A stretch of 64,000 nt of DNA from a virus. Its lineage: Duplodnaviria > Caudoviricetes. The stretch is taken from positions 32,001 through 96,000 of the IMG/VR virus record IMGVR_UViG_3300032232_001415, one strand, 5' to 3'. The translations under genes and the position numbers were made by a program. Positions 19,085 through 28,026 of this stretch are shown one piece after another (the first letter of the stretch is position 1; each line of letters opens with the position of its first letter). Below the pieces are notes generated by a model that saw only the letters and a list, made by a program, of their open reading frames with translations, was not told the DNA's origin and did not search any database.

Positions 19085-19441
19085 ATGCCAGAGTATACTT
19101 TTGAGTGTGAAAACTGTAAAAATAAATTTGAAATAGTATGTTCAATAAAAGACTACACAGATAAACAGTCGTGCCCAATGTGCAAAAGCTCATCAACATC
19201 TAGATCATATATAGATGATTGCATGAATATATCTGGATCGGTTAAAAAGTCTGATAGTGAACTTAAAACATTGGGTGATTTAGCAAATAGAAATAGAGAT
19301 AGATTAAGTGATGATACAAAAATAGCATTACATAAAAAACATAATGAGTATAAAGATGTAGCTTTCCAAAAAGAGCTACCTAAAGGAATGTCTAGAATTG
19401 AAAAACCTAAAACCAAAACGAAATGGACAAATGATGGATAA
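19085..19441 (+). CDS. FmdB-family zinc ribbon protein
   Basis: MPEYTFECENC..FE...CPMC and KTLGDLANRN. Confidence 0.85.
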   Translation: MPEYTFECENCKNKFEIVCSIKDYTDKQSCPMCKSSSTSRSYIDDCMNISGSVKKSDSELKTLGDLANRNRDRLSDDTKIALHKKHNEYKDVAFQKELPKGMSRIEKPKTKTKWTNDG

Positions 19442-19835
19442 TTATATGTTTAAGCCTAAAAGTGTCTTTGATAAAAAAGATAAAGATACAGATCCAGAAC
19501 AAGAACTATTTACTTTAATAGGAATGGAAGATTTTGTTGATGAATCATCCTTAGCCAGAATAAAAGATGAACTATCTCAAGATAAAATTTTTGCTAAAAA
19601 AATTATAAGAAAAAATGGTAGTAATAAATATATGATTAGATTAGCAAACAATGCTAAATTATATAATCCACTATCTATATATAATAAAGAAAAAATTAAT
19701 GTATTTTTAGATAATGTTTGTAGATCTGATAAAAAATTCAAAGAAGTAAATGAAAAAACTTTTAATTGGTATATTAAATTTTTAAATAGTAAGAATATTT
19801 CATGGCTAAATAATGCAGAAAGAGAGAGTGAATGA
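19431..19835 (+). CDS. hypothetical phage protein (paralog of 18671-19084)
   Basis: LFTLIGMEDFVD, IFAK, NP, VC and YIKFLNSKNISWLNNAER are shared with the paralog. ATG 19431 chosen as start. Confidence 0.7.
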   Translation: MMDNYMFKPKSVFDKKDKDTDPEQELFTLIGMEDFVDESSLARIKDELSQDKIFAKKIIRKNGSNKYMIRLANNAKLYNPLSIYNKEKINVFLDNVCRSDKKFKEVNEKTFNWYIKFLNSKNISWLNNAERESE

Positions 19836-20164
19836 TGGCATCGTTGACAAAAATGAATAAGTATGCTATACTGTGGTTGAATTCTCAGGGATACTCAAAT
19901 GAAAATATCTCAAAAGAATTAGATATATCTATTAAACAAATAGACAATTTAATAAATAAAAATTCACCACAGCTAAAGACATCTTCCGGACCCGTAAAGA
20001 AATATCCATCTAAAGAATTAATGATAACAGAATCTGCTAATAAGAAAAATAGAGTTTCTATTATGACAAAAGAGTCTTCTGCTATTAATGATGAAAAAAG
20101 AAAAAATACTCAAACTAAATCATCAAAATTAGAAAAAGGAATATTTAGACCATATGGAAAATAA
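19832..20164 (+). CDS. small HTH-like DNA-binding protein
   Basis: QGYSNENISKELDISIKQI resembles an HTH, followed by a basic tail. Confidence 0.5.
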   Translation: MMASLTKMNKYAILWLNSQGYSNENISKELDISIKQIDNLINKNSPQLKTSSGPVKKYPSKELMITESANKKNRVSIMTKESSAINDEKRKNTQTKSSKLEKGIFRPYGK

Positions 20165-20597
20165 TTATGAGATAGAAGATTTACTAGAATTAGGCATTGA
20201 TTTAACAGATGAAGAAAGAGCCATTATCGAAAAACTTGATAAAAAAATATCATCTATTTTAGAAAAAAAAAGAGAAGAGTATTACGAAAATATAGATGAC
20301 AATTTAGGAAAGCATTTTAATGATAAACATCCAGGAATAGCTCCTCCAAAAGGAGTGACCCAGTGTCAACATGAAATCAGAATAACTACGATTGGTCAAG
20401 TTTACGAGGTTGATGAGAATGGATATGTATCACAGACCAAAGAAATGTATAGAAAATTTTATCATATTCCTGTTGGCGTGGGATCGGAGCATTATGAGAC
20501 ATATATTGAAAAATTCTTCAATACTTTTGAAGAAAAACTAACATCAACTTGTAAAGAATATATAAAAACAGAAGAGAAGGATCAAGAAAATAATTAG
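20154..20597 (+). CDS. hypothetical acidic protein
   Basis: 147-aa ORF translationally coupled within the operon. Confidence 0.6.
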   Translation: MENNYEIEDLLELGIDLTDEERAIIEKLDKKISSILEKKREEYYENIDDNLGKHFNDKHPGIAPPKGVTQCQHEIRITTIGQVYEVDENGYVSQTKEMYRKFYHIPVGVGSEHYETYIEKFFNTFEEKLTSTCKEYIKTEEKDQENN

Positions 20598-20598
20598 T

Positions 20599-21018
20599 AT
20601 GGAAGAATATATATCAAAGTATTCTAATGGCAAAGTTGTATCAGCAGCTCAATACATTACAGAAATAATATGTGAGAGAAAAGCACTGATCAATAAAGAA
20701 GATTTACATTATAGATTTTGGCTTCAGTCAAAATGGGAAGTTTTTTATAGAAATCAAATTGGTTCAGCACATAAGCTATTAAAAAAATATTCTTCAAAAT
20801 CTATTATAAGAGCACTTAATACAGACAAGGGGAAGAAAATATATTCTTTGCGAGCACCCCACCTTCCTCCTATCATAGAAGAACAAGAAGTGGTTCTAAA
20901 ATCAGAAAATCAGAATCTAAATCTTAATTTGCAAAGGAAAGAGAATGTTAGTTTTCCTACAAATAAAGCTACAAAAAATATAATTTCAAAACTAAAAGGA
21001 TTAGATTATGAGTCTTAA
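20599..21018 (+). CDS. hypothetical phage protein
   Basis: 139-aa ORF directly upstream of the recA-like gene. Confidence 0.6.
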   Translation: MEEYISKYSNGKVVSAAQYITEIICERKALINKEDLHYRFWLQSKWEVFYRNQIGSAHKLLKKYSSKSIIRALNTDKGKKIYSLRAPHLPPIIEEQEVVLKSENQNLNLNLQRKENVSFPTNKATKNIISKLKGLDYES

Positions 21019-22027
21019 AGAAGATGTAAGAAAAAAATTTGGCGATGATATAATGTTAACAGCAAATGCTGTAATTGATAAAAATTTAATAACCATCCCA
21101 GTAAGCCCAGCGTTGGATATAGTTCTAAATGGTGGTATTCCAGAAGGGTCGTTCGTTATTCTTACTGGACAACCAAAATGTGGCAAAACAACTACATCAT
21201 TAGATTTCTGTGCTACCGCACAAAGACCAGAATATGCCTATGGTTCCTTTAAAGAAGGAAGGGAAGTGTATTACCTAAACATAGAAGGTAGATTGAAAAA
21301 GAGAGACCTAGAAGGAATACCAGGATTGAATTTAGAAAAATTTAATATTATAGGTTCTCAAGAGGGCAAGATACTTCATGCTGAAGAATATCTGCAAATA
21401 GCTGAACGAATTATTAATGAAATTCCAGGATCTGTAGTAATAATAGATTCATATTCAGCCCTTTGTACAGAGGCTGAGATCACATCCGATATGGATAAAA
21501 TGCAAAGAGCAGACGGAGCAAAGCTATTAGCAAAATTTTGTAGGAAAGTAGCAAATGTTATTCCTGTAAATAGGAATATAGTCATAGGCATAACACATTT
21601 GATGGGAAATCCAGGTTATGGTACATCCGAATGGAAAGAAAAAAGTGGACAAGCCATAGCATATCAAACTGATATAAAACTTAAAGCAAAGTTTTTTAAA
21701 AAATGGAATCTTAGTGATGATAGTCCCCAAATAGGACAAGAAGTTGAATGGGAAGTATTATGTTCTGCTTTGGGGCCTCCGGGTGGTAATATTACAAGCT
21801 ATATAAGATATGGTCAAGGAATAGACAGGCAAATGGAATTGCTTACTTTAGCTGTTGATCTTGGATTCATTCATAAGGGTGGAGCTTGGTATACTATGAG
21901 TTCTGTCGAAGATAAACCAAAATTTCAAGGACTGGAAAAAACAAGACAATATTTAGTAGATAATCCAAAGGTTTATGAAGATTTGTTGCTAAAGGTCAGA
22001 GATACTATGGGAATAAAATGCAAGTGA
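21008..22027 (+). CDS. recA: RecA/UvsX-like recombinase
   Basis: LDIVLNGGIPEG, Walker A GQPKCGKTT, Walker B IIDS, IRYGQGID and KGGAWY..KFQG. Confidence 0.88.
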   Translation: MSLKEDVRKKFGDDIMLTANAVIDKNLITIPVSPALDIVLNGGIPEGSFVILTGQPKCGKTTTSLDFCATAQRPEYAYGSFKEGREVYYLNIEGRLKKRDLEGIPGLNLEKFNIIGSQEGKILHAEEYLQIAERIINEIPGSVVIIDSYSALCTEAEITSDMDKMQRADGAKLLAKFCRKVANVIPVNRNIVIGITHLMGNPGYGTSEWKEKSGQAIAYQTDIKLKAKFFKKWNLSDDSPQIGQEVEWEVLCSALGPPGGNITSYIRYGQGIDRQMELLTLAVDLGFIHKGGAWYTMSSVEDKPKFQGLEKTRQYLVDNPKVYEDLLLKVRDTMGIKCK

Positions 22028-22425
22028 TAGATTTGGATGGAAATTCATATAATTGGCAACTTATTGGGAATATTGCTCATGGTATGGTAAATAAAAAATC
22101 AAGCCTTCATTTAAAAGCTAGAGAACTAATACATTCATGCTTCCCAACATTACAAGTATTGGAAGAAGTTCCAATACAAATTAGAAGAGCAGAAACACTA
22201 TATCTAGATTTTTATCTTCCATTAACAAAAAAATGCATAGAGGTTCATGGAGAACAACATTATTCTTTTAATAGATTTTATCATAATACATTATTGGGTT
22301 TCATTAAACATCAAAAAAGAGATAAAGAAAAAAAGGAATGGTGTGATATGAATAGTTTAAAATATATAGAATTACCTTTTAGCGAAACTATAGATCAATG
22401 GAAAGAAAGAATAACCAATGATTAA
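22018..22425 (+). CDS. DUF559/Vsr-like PD-(D/E)XK endonuclease
   Basis: EEVP, LDFYLP, IEVHGEQHY and QKRDKEKKEWC. Confidence 0.75.
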   Translation: MQVIDLDGNSYNWQLIGNIAHGMVNKKSSLHLKARELIHSCFPTLQVLEEVPIQIRRAETLYLDFYLPLTKKCIEVHGEQHYSFNRFYHNTLLGFIKHQKRDKEKKEWCDMNSLKYIELPFSETIDQWKERITND

Positions 22426-22906
22426 AACAACAAAAGAAGAAATATCTGAGTGGGATAAATTATTAGACGAATATGAAAATAGTATAGGGCTATCTCAATA
22501 TAATCCGTCTGGTCTTTCTGATACTGAACTAAATAGTTATTTAACGATGAATAGAGATGAACTAGAAAAATTAACACCAGAAGATTGTGCTCAAATTTCT
22601 TATAGACTTGGACAATTTTCTTTTCATATACAAAGAACTATTAATAGAGAAATAGCCAGATTAAATTGGGCTGAAGAAAATATTAAAGAAGTAATAGCAG
22701 ATGAAATTAATAACTATAAAGGATATGGCTATATAGAAAAATCTTATCAGGCTATTAAGCACAATGATAGGGCGCAGTCATTAAATAAAATAAAAAAATA
22801 TGCTAAACAAAGAAGTGATAGACTTTCATATTTAGCTAATGGAACTAAAAATTTAGCAGATATTTTATTGTCTATTCAAAAAATAAAGGTACTAAAAAAT
22901 GGATAA
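22418..22906 (+). CDS. hypothetical helical protein (possible recombination mediator, UvsY-like by size and context)
   Basis: 162-aa coiled-coil-like ORF between the recA-like gene and dnaB. Confidence 0.45.
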   Translation: MIKTTKEEISEWDKLLDEYENSIGLSQYNPSGLSDTELNSYLTMNRDELEKLTPEDCAQISYRLGQFSFHIQRTINREIARLNWAEENIKEVIADEINNYKGYGYIEKSYQAIKHNDRAQSLNKIKKYAKQRSDRLSYLANGTKNLADILLSIQKIKVLKNG

Positions 22907-23297
22907 TTTATCTCCAGAACAAATTCAAACAATGATTTCTATGTTACAGGCAATGCTTCCTCAAACCGAGGCAGTATCGAAGAAAAAAAAGGATGCCATA
23001 CACAGCTCCCCCGCTAAAAAAACTAAGAAATTATTACCATCGACATCAACAAGAAATAAAAATAAATCAGTCAGGACTAATAAGTTTGTTGATATGCCAG
23101 AGAAAGCTATGCACAAAGAAGATGTAGCAATAGATAAAAAACTGTCTGTAAGACCTCCGGTCCCCAGAGCCCGATCTTTTAAACTGGTCAAAGTAGTATG
23201 CAGAGTTTGTGGAAAGAGAGAAGAAGTCAGTCCTGGACTTATCCACGAATCCATCGATAGATATAAGTGTAACAAGTGTTCGACCTCCAGCGGGTGA
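22899..23297 (+). CDS. hypothetical basic protein with C-terminal Zn finger
   Basis: CRVC...CNKC. Confidence 0.6.
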   Translation: MDNLSPEQIQTMISMLQAMLPQTEAVSKKKKDAIHSSPAKKTKKLLPSTSTRNKNKSVRTNKFVDMPEKAMHKEDVAIDKKLSVRPPVPRARSFKLVKVVCRVCGKREEVSPGLIHESIDRYKCNKCSTSSG

Positions 23298-23300
23298 AAA

Positions 23301-24767
23301 ATGATTTTATGTGATCCTTCTGCCGAAAGGGCAGTATTGGCGGGAATTTGCAGTTACGGCGATGACGCATATTTGGATATTGCTGACATAGTTCAAGAAA
23401 CTTCTTTTACTATAGATAGCAATATTGTGATATATAAATGCTTAAAAAAGCTTTGTGAGCTAGATACAAAAACAAAAATAGATATAGCATCAATATACTC
23501 TATAGCTCAAGAGCTTGGCCTCGATCATATTCTTTCTAAAAAAGAAGAAACTCAACACCTAAAAGCTATTATGGATTTTCCTGTAAGTCAGGAAAATATA
23601 AGAAGATTTGCAGCAAAAATACGTAAGCTAGAAATAGCAAGACTATTAAGACAACAGCTAGAATTAGCTCAGAATAAAATTTTAGACGTTACGGGAAGCG
23701 AGTCCATATCATCTATAATCGGTCTTGCCGAAGACACGATCTTTAATTTTACGTCTTTGCTTAATGATGGAGATAGTGGACCAGAAAAAATTGGTTCAAC
23801 AATAGAAGAGTATATTAGAGATCTAGAAGAGAACAAAATTGATCAAGTTGGCATACCAACAGGATTTCCTATTTATGATCAATCAATTGGAGGAGGATTA
23901 AGAAAAGGTACTATTAACGTTATCGGAGCTAGACCAAAAACTGGAAAAACTCTTTTATCAGATAATATGGGTCAAAATATAGCTAAACTTGGTATTCCAG
24001 TTTTAAATATGGATACCGAAATGAATAGAGAAGACCATATTCATAGACTATTAGCTATGATGACAGAAATTGAAATCAATGCAATTGAAACTGGTAAATT
24101 TGCTGATTCTCCAGATACTAAAAATAAAATATCAAAAGCGGCACTTGATATCAAGAATATGAATCTGTATCATAAAAGTATAGCCGGAAAACCTTTTGAG
24201 GATCAATTAGCAATAATGAGAAGATGGTTAGTAAAAGAGGTTGGATTAAATGATGACGGAACTGCAAAAGATTGTGTTATATTTTATGACTATTTAAAGC
24301 TAATGGATAGTGCGGGAATCTCTCAGGATATGAAGGAGTATCAAGTATTGGGATTCATGATGACAAGTCTGCATAATTTTGCTGTTAGATATAAAGTTCC
24401 AATCGTGGCATTTATACAGTTAAATAGAGATGGCATAACCAAAGAAAGCACAGACTCTGCCAGCGGATCTGATCGTATAATATGGTTATGTAGTAACTTT
24501 ACAATTTTTAAAAGAAAGAGTGATGAAGAAATAGCGGAGGATGGTCTTACAAATGGAAACAGAAAATTAGTTCCTCTTATTAGTCGTCACGGCGGTGGAC
24601 TAGACGATAATGATTATATAAATTGTTATATGAAGGGCTGGTGTGCTAAGATAACAGAAGGCAAAACAAGATTAGAATTACTGAATAAAAAATCAAAGGA
24701 TGATGAAGGATTTATATTAGATAATGAAAACTCAAATAATGATGAAGAAGAAATTCCATTCGAATGA
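23301..24767 (+). CDS. dnaB: replicative DNA helicase DnaB
   Basis: AERAVL, GIPTGF, GARPKTGKT, DTEM, FYDYLKL, QLNR and SRHG. Confidence 0.92.
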   Translation: MILCDPSAERAVLAGICSYGDDAYLDIADIVQETSFTIDSNIVIYKCLKKLCELDTKTKIDIASIYSIAQELGLDHILSKKEETQHLKAIMDFPVSQENIRRFAAKIRKLEIARLLRQQLELAQNKILDVTGSESISSIIGLAEDTIFNFTSLLNDGDSGPEKIGSTIEEYIRDLEENKIDQVGIPTGFPIYDQSIGGGLRKGTINVIGARPKTGKTLLSDNMGQNIAKLGIPVLNMDTEMNREDHIHRLLAMMTEIEINAIETGKFADSPDTKNKISKAALDIKNMNLYHKSIAGKPFEDQLAIMRRWLVKEVGLNDDGTAKDCVIFYDYLKLMDSAGISQDMKEYQVLGFMMTSLHNFAVRYKVPIVAFIQLNRDGITKESTDSASGSDRIIWLCSNFTIFKRKSDEEIAEDGLTNGNRKLVPLISRHGGGLDDNDYINCYMKGWCAKITEGKTRLELLNKKSKDDEGFILDNENSNNDEEEIPFE

Positions 24768-25890
24768 TCAGGCCAAACTTAAAATAGTTTGCGATGATCT
24801 TTGTGATAATATTGAACTGCTATTGGAGACCTTAGATATAAAATATATCCTAAGATCTAAAATGGCCACTATGGCATGTCCGATACATGATGGAGATAAC
24901 GCGTCGGCCTTAAATATATATACTGAGGGTGATACATACAGAGGAAATTGGAAATGCAGAACACATAATTGTGAAAAAATTTTTAAGGGATCAATTATAG
25001 GTTTTGTTAGGGGTGTCATCTCTAATAGAAAATATAAATGGCAAAAAGATGGAGATGATACCTGTTCTTTTAATGAGGCTTTAGATTTTTGTCTATCATT
25101 AATCAATAAAGACTTAAAAAATATTAAAATTTCTAAAACTGATAGAGATAAGAAAAATTTCACGAATATAGTATCTAACCTTCAGACAAATCATTCATCT
25201 AAGGTTGTTAATAAAGTTAGTAGAGAAAAAGTCAGATCAACATTATCTATTCCATGTCAATATTTCGTTGATAGAGGATTTTCTAAAGAAATATTAGATA
25301 AGTACGATGTTGGTCTATGTGATAATCCAAATAAAGAAATGTTTAACAGGGGTGTTGTTCCAATCTATGATAATGATTATCAATATTTAGTAGGATGTAC
25401 TGGAAGAAGCATTTTTGACAAATGCCCTAAATGTAAAAGTCACCATAAAAATATAGACAATTGCCCAATAGAGTCCGACCTTTGGAAGCATCCAAAATGG
25501 AAACATAATTTTGATTTTAAGAGTCAAAATCATCTTTATAATTTTTGGTTTGCTAAAGAGCATATCTTGAAAAGTGGCACAGCAATAATAGTTGAAAGCC
25601 CAGGAAATGTTTGGAGATTGGAAGAAAACAATATACATAATAGCGTAGGAATTTTTGGATCATCATTAAGCGATAGACAAAAAATTATTCTTGATTCTTC
25701 TGGCGCTATGAACTTAGTGATACTCACAGACAATGACGAAGCTGGTAAAAAAGCTGCTATTCAGATTAAACAAAAATGCCAAAATACGTACAGAGTTTTC
25801 ATATTGAATATTACCAAATCTGATGTTGCCGAAATGAATAGTTCAGATATTGATTCAGAAATTAAATCCTATTTAGAGAATATTAAATGA
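24724..25890 (+). CDS. dnaG: DNA primase (Zn-binding + TOPRIM)
   Basis: CPIHDGDN..WKCRTHNC, YFVDRG, VESPGNV and TDNDEAG. Confidence 0.85.
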   Translation: MKTQIMMKKKFHSNDQAKLKIVCDDLCDNIELLLETLDIKYILRSKMATMACPIHDGDNASALNIYTEGDTYRGNWKCRTHNCEKIFKGSIIGFVRGVISNRKYKWQKDGDDTCSFNEALDFCLSLINKDLKNIKISKTDRDKKNFTNIVSNLQTNHSSKVVNKVSREKVRSTLSIPCQYFVDRGFSKEILDKYDVGLCDNPNKEMFNRGVVPIYDNDYQYLVGCTGRSIFDKCPKCKSHHKNIDNCPIESDLWKHPKWKHNFDFKSQNHLYNFWFAKEHILKSGTAIIVESPGNVWRLEENNIHNSVGIFGSSLSDRQKIILDSSGAMNLVILTDNDEAGKKAAIQIKQKCQNTYRVFILNITKSDVAEMNSSDIDSEIKSYLENIK

Positions 25891-26459
25891 CAAAAATAAT
25901 AGCATTCGCTGGACGAAAACAATCTGGAAAAACTACATGCTCTGAATTTTTATCACAAAATTATAGTGGTAGTTCAAAGATTTATAATTTTGCTGATCCT
26001 CTCAAAAAAGATATTTGCATGGGAATATTAGGTATGAGCTATAATCAATGTTATGGGTCAGATGAATATAAAAACACCCTTACTGAATGCTATTGGAATA
26101 ATAAGCAGATGACAGCAAGAGAAGTCATGCAATTTGTTGGTACTGATCTTTTTCGTCAGATGAAAAATGACGTATGGGCTAGTGCTACTATAAATAAGAT
26201 TATTATAGAAAAACCAGAATTGGCTATAATTGCGGATTGCAGATTTCCAAACGAAGTTGAGTCAGTAAAAGATGCTGGTGGAATAGTTATAAAACTTATG
26301 CGCAATCCATACAATTCTAACCATCTGAGCGAAATAGCATTAGATATAGAGAATTATAACCCTGATAATTTTGATTTAGTTGTAGATAATACATCTATGA
26401 ACATAGATGAACAATATCAGTGCATACATTCATTTTTATTACAGAGGAATATACTATGA
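25887..26459 (+). CDS. deoxynucleoside monophosphate kinase
   Basis: AGRKQSGKT, FADPLK, REVMQFVGT, DCRFPNE and HLSE. Confidence 0.88.
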   Translation: MTKIIAFAGRKQSGKTTCSEFLSQNYSGSSKIYNFADPLKKDICMGILGMSYNQCYGSDEYKNTLTECYWNNKQMTAREVMQFVGTDLFRQMKNDVWASATINKIIIEKPELAIIADCRFPNEVESVKDAGGIVIKLMRNPYNSNHLSEIALDIENYNPDNFDLVVDNTSMNIDEQYQCIHSFLLQRNIL

Positions 26460-26986
26460 GCGAAACAAAAAATATAAAACATTTAGTATCAGATTTCTGT
26501 GTTGGTTTAGGCATAGATATAGGATGCGGTGGCGACCCGGTTGCGCCAGATGTTCTTAGGTTTGATTTAAAAACACCATACACCCAGGAGAACAATTATC
26601 CGGCACAATTTATACTGAAAGAAAAACCAATATTATACTATATAAACAATAATTCTCTAGACTATATCTATAGTAGCCATCTAATAGAAGATTTTTTTTA
26701 TGAGGAACTTAAAGTCATAATAGCAGATTGGTTTCGAGCTTTAAAAGTTAATGGAAAACTCATATTGTGTGCCCCTGACCAAAAAGAATATATAAGACAT
26801 AACGAAGAAGTTTTAGGTATAAATAGATTCGACCATAGAGTTAATCAAGCTCATAAAGAGCAAGATTTCTCTATTGATACTTTTATAAATAATGTGTTAT
26901 CTCATATATCTATACAATATAATACAATCTTATCAATTCCGTCCATCAAACCATACTCATGGATTTTAATCCTAGAAAAATTATGA
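26456..26986 (+). CDS. class I SAM methyltransferase (type 11-like)
   Basis: GIDIGCGG, LDYIYSSHLIED and LKVNGKLILCAPD. There is a GAGG Shine-Dalgarno and an ATGA overlap at 26456. Confidence 0.8.
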   Translation: MSETKNIKHLVSDFCVGLGIDIGCGGDPVAPDVLRFDLKTPYTQENNYPAQFILKEKPILYYINNNSLDYIYSSHLIEDFFYEELKVIIADWFRALKVNGKLILCAPDQKEYIRHNEEVLGINRFDHRVNQAHKEQDFSIDTFINNVLSHISIQYNTILSIPSIKPYSWILILEKL

Positions 26987-28026
26987 TTATTACCTATCTA
27001 AGAAGTAGTTCATACGGTACGCACTCGATGTGTCCTCAACAATATTTTTTTGAATATGTTCTAGGATGGAAATCTCCATCTAATAAAAAAGCTGATAAAG
27101 GCACAATTTGCCACAAGGTCTTAGAAATTTTAGCACATATTAAACTTTGTTCTCAAAATAAAGAAAAAATATATACTGATGATATACTTGGCGATATAAA
27201 TATCAAAAAATATGATATAGTAGATATATCTAACAGAGTTTACGAATATTATACCAGCCTTTTCACTCATCATGTGTGGGAGAATAAAGATCTAAAAGAT
27301 TGTATACTGTGGGTTAATAAGGCATTAACAGAGCATAATGGAACATTCGATCCAAGGAACAGGGATATTCTACAACCCGAACAAAGATTTGACATAGTAA
27401 TAGAAAAGCCGTGGGCTAAATTCAAATATAAAACACCAACAGAGAATCTGGAAGGTTATTTGGCAATAAAAGGAACTATCGATCTAATAACAAGAGTTAA
27501 TGAAGATACCATAGAAGTTATAGATTGGAAAACAGGAAGAAGATTAGACTGGGCTACTGGTGAAGAAAAAACACTAGCTAAGCTACAAGACGATCCTCAA
27601 CTAAGAATATACCACTATGCTGTTAGCAAACTATATCCTGATATAAATCATATTATGATAACGATAAATTTTATTAATGACGGTGGAGCGTTTACTATCT
27701 GCTATGATAAAAAAGATTTATCGAAAACCGAAGATATGATAAGACATAAGTTTGATAAAATAAAAAACACAAAAACTCCAGAATTGAATAAATCGTGGAA
27801 ATGTAATAAACTTTGTCATTTTGGAAAAACAACATTTGAAAATACAAATATTCTTCCAATATTAGAGTATCGTGGTGGACAATTAGTTCAAGTCGATAAG
27901 CCTATGACCAAATGCGAACAAGTTAAGCATGATATCGAACTCAAAGGAATAGACAATGTGATTGACCAATATACCGTCTCAGGATACAATATTGGTAGTT
28001 ACAAACCCCCAGGAAGTGCAGAATAA
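26983..28026 (+). CDS. PD-(D/E)XK exonuclease (RecB/Cas4-like, possible Fe-S)
   Basis: SSY..CPQQY, GTICH, GTIDLI, IDWKTG, QLRIY and C-terminal cysteines (CNKLC..C). Confidence 0.85.
   Translation: MIITYLRSSSYGTHSMCPQQYFFEYVLGWKSPSNKKADKGTICHKVLEILAHIKLCSQNKEKIYTDDILGDINIKKYDIVDISNRVYEYYTSLFTHHVWENKDLKDCILWVNKALTEHNGTFDPRNRDILQPEQRFDIVIEKPWAKFKYKTPTENLEGYLAIKGTIDLITRVNEDTIEVIDWKTGRRLDWATGEEKTLAKLQDDPQLRIYHYAVSKLYPDINHIMITINFINDGGAFTICYDKKDLSKTEDMIRHKFDKIKNTKTPELNKSWKCNKLCHFGKTTFENTNILPILEYRGGQLVQVDKPMTKCEQVKHDIELKGIDNVIDQYTVSGYNIGSYKPPGSAE
27962..27990 (+). promoter_or_regulatory. sigma70-type promoter for dnaE-N, embedded in the nuclease 3' end
   Basis: TTGACC-17 nt-TACAAT, ending 35 nt before the dnaE ATG. 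Confidence 0.6.

Noticed and set aside
26983-28026. CRISPR-Cas locus suggested by the Cas4-like nuclease
   Set aside because: No repeat-spacer array or other cas genes are visible. Solo Cas4-like nucleases are common in phage replication modules.
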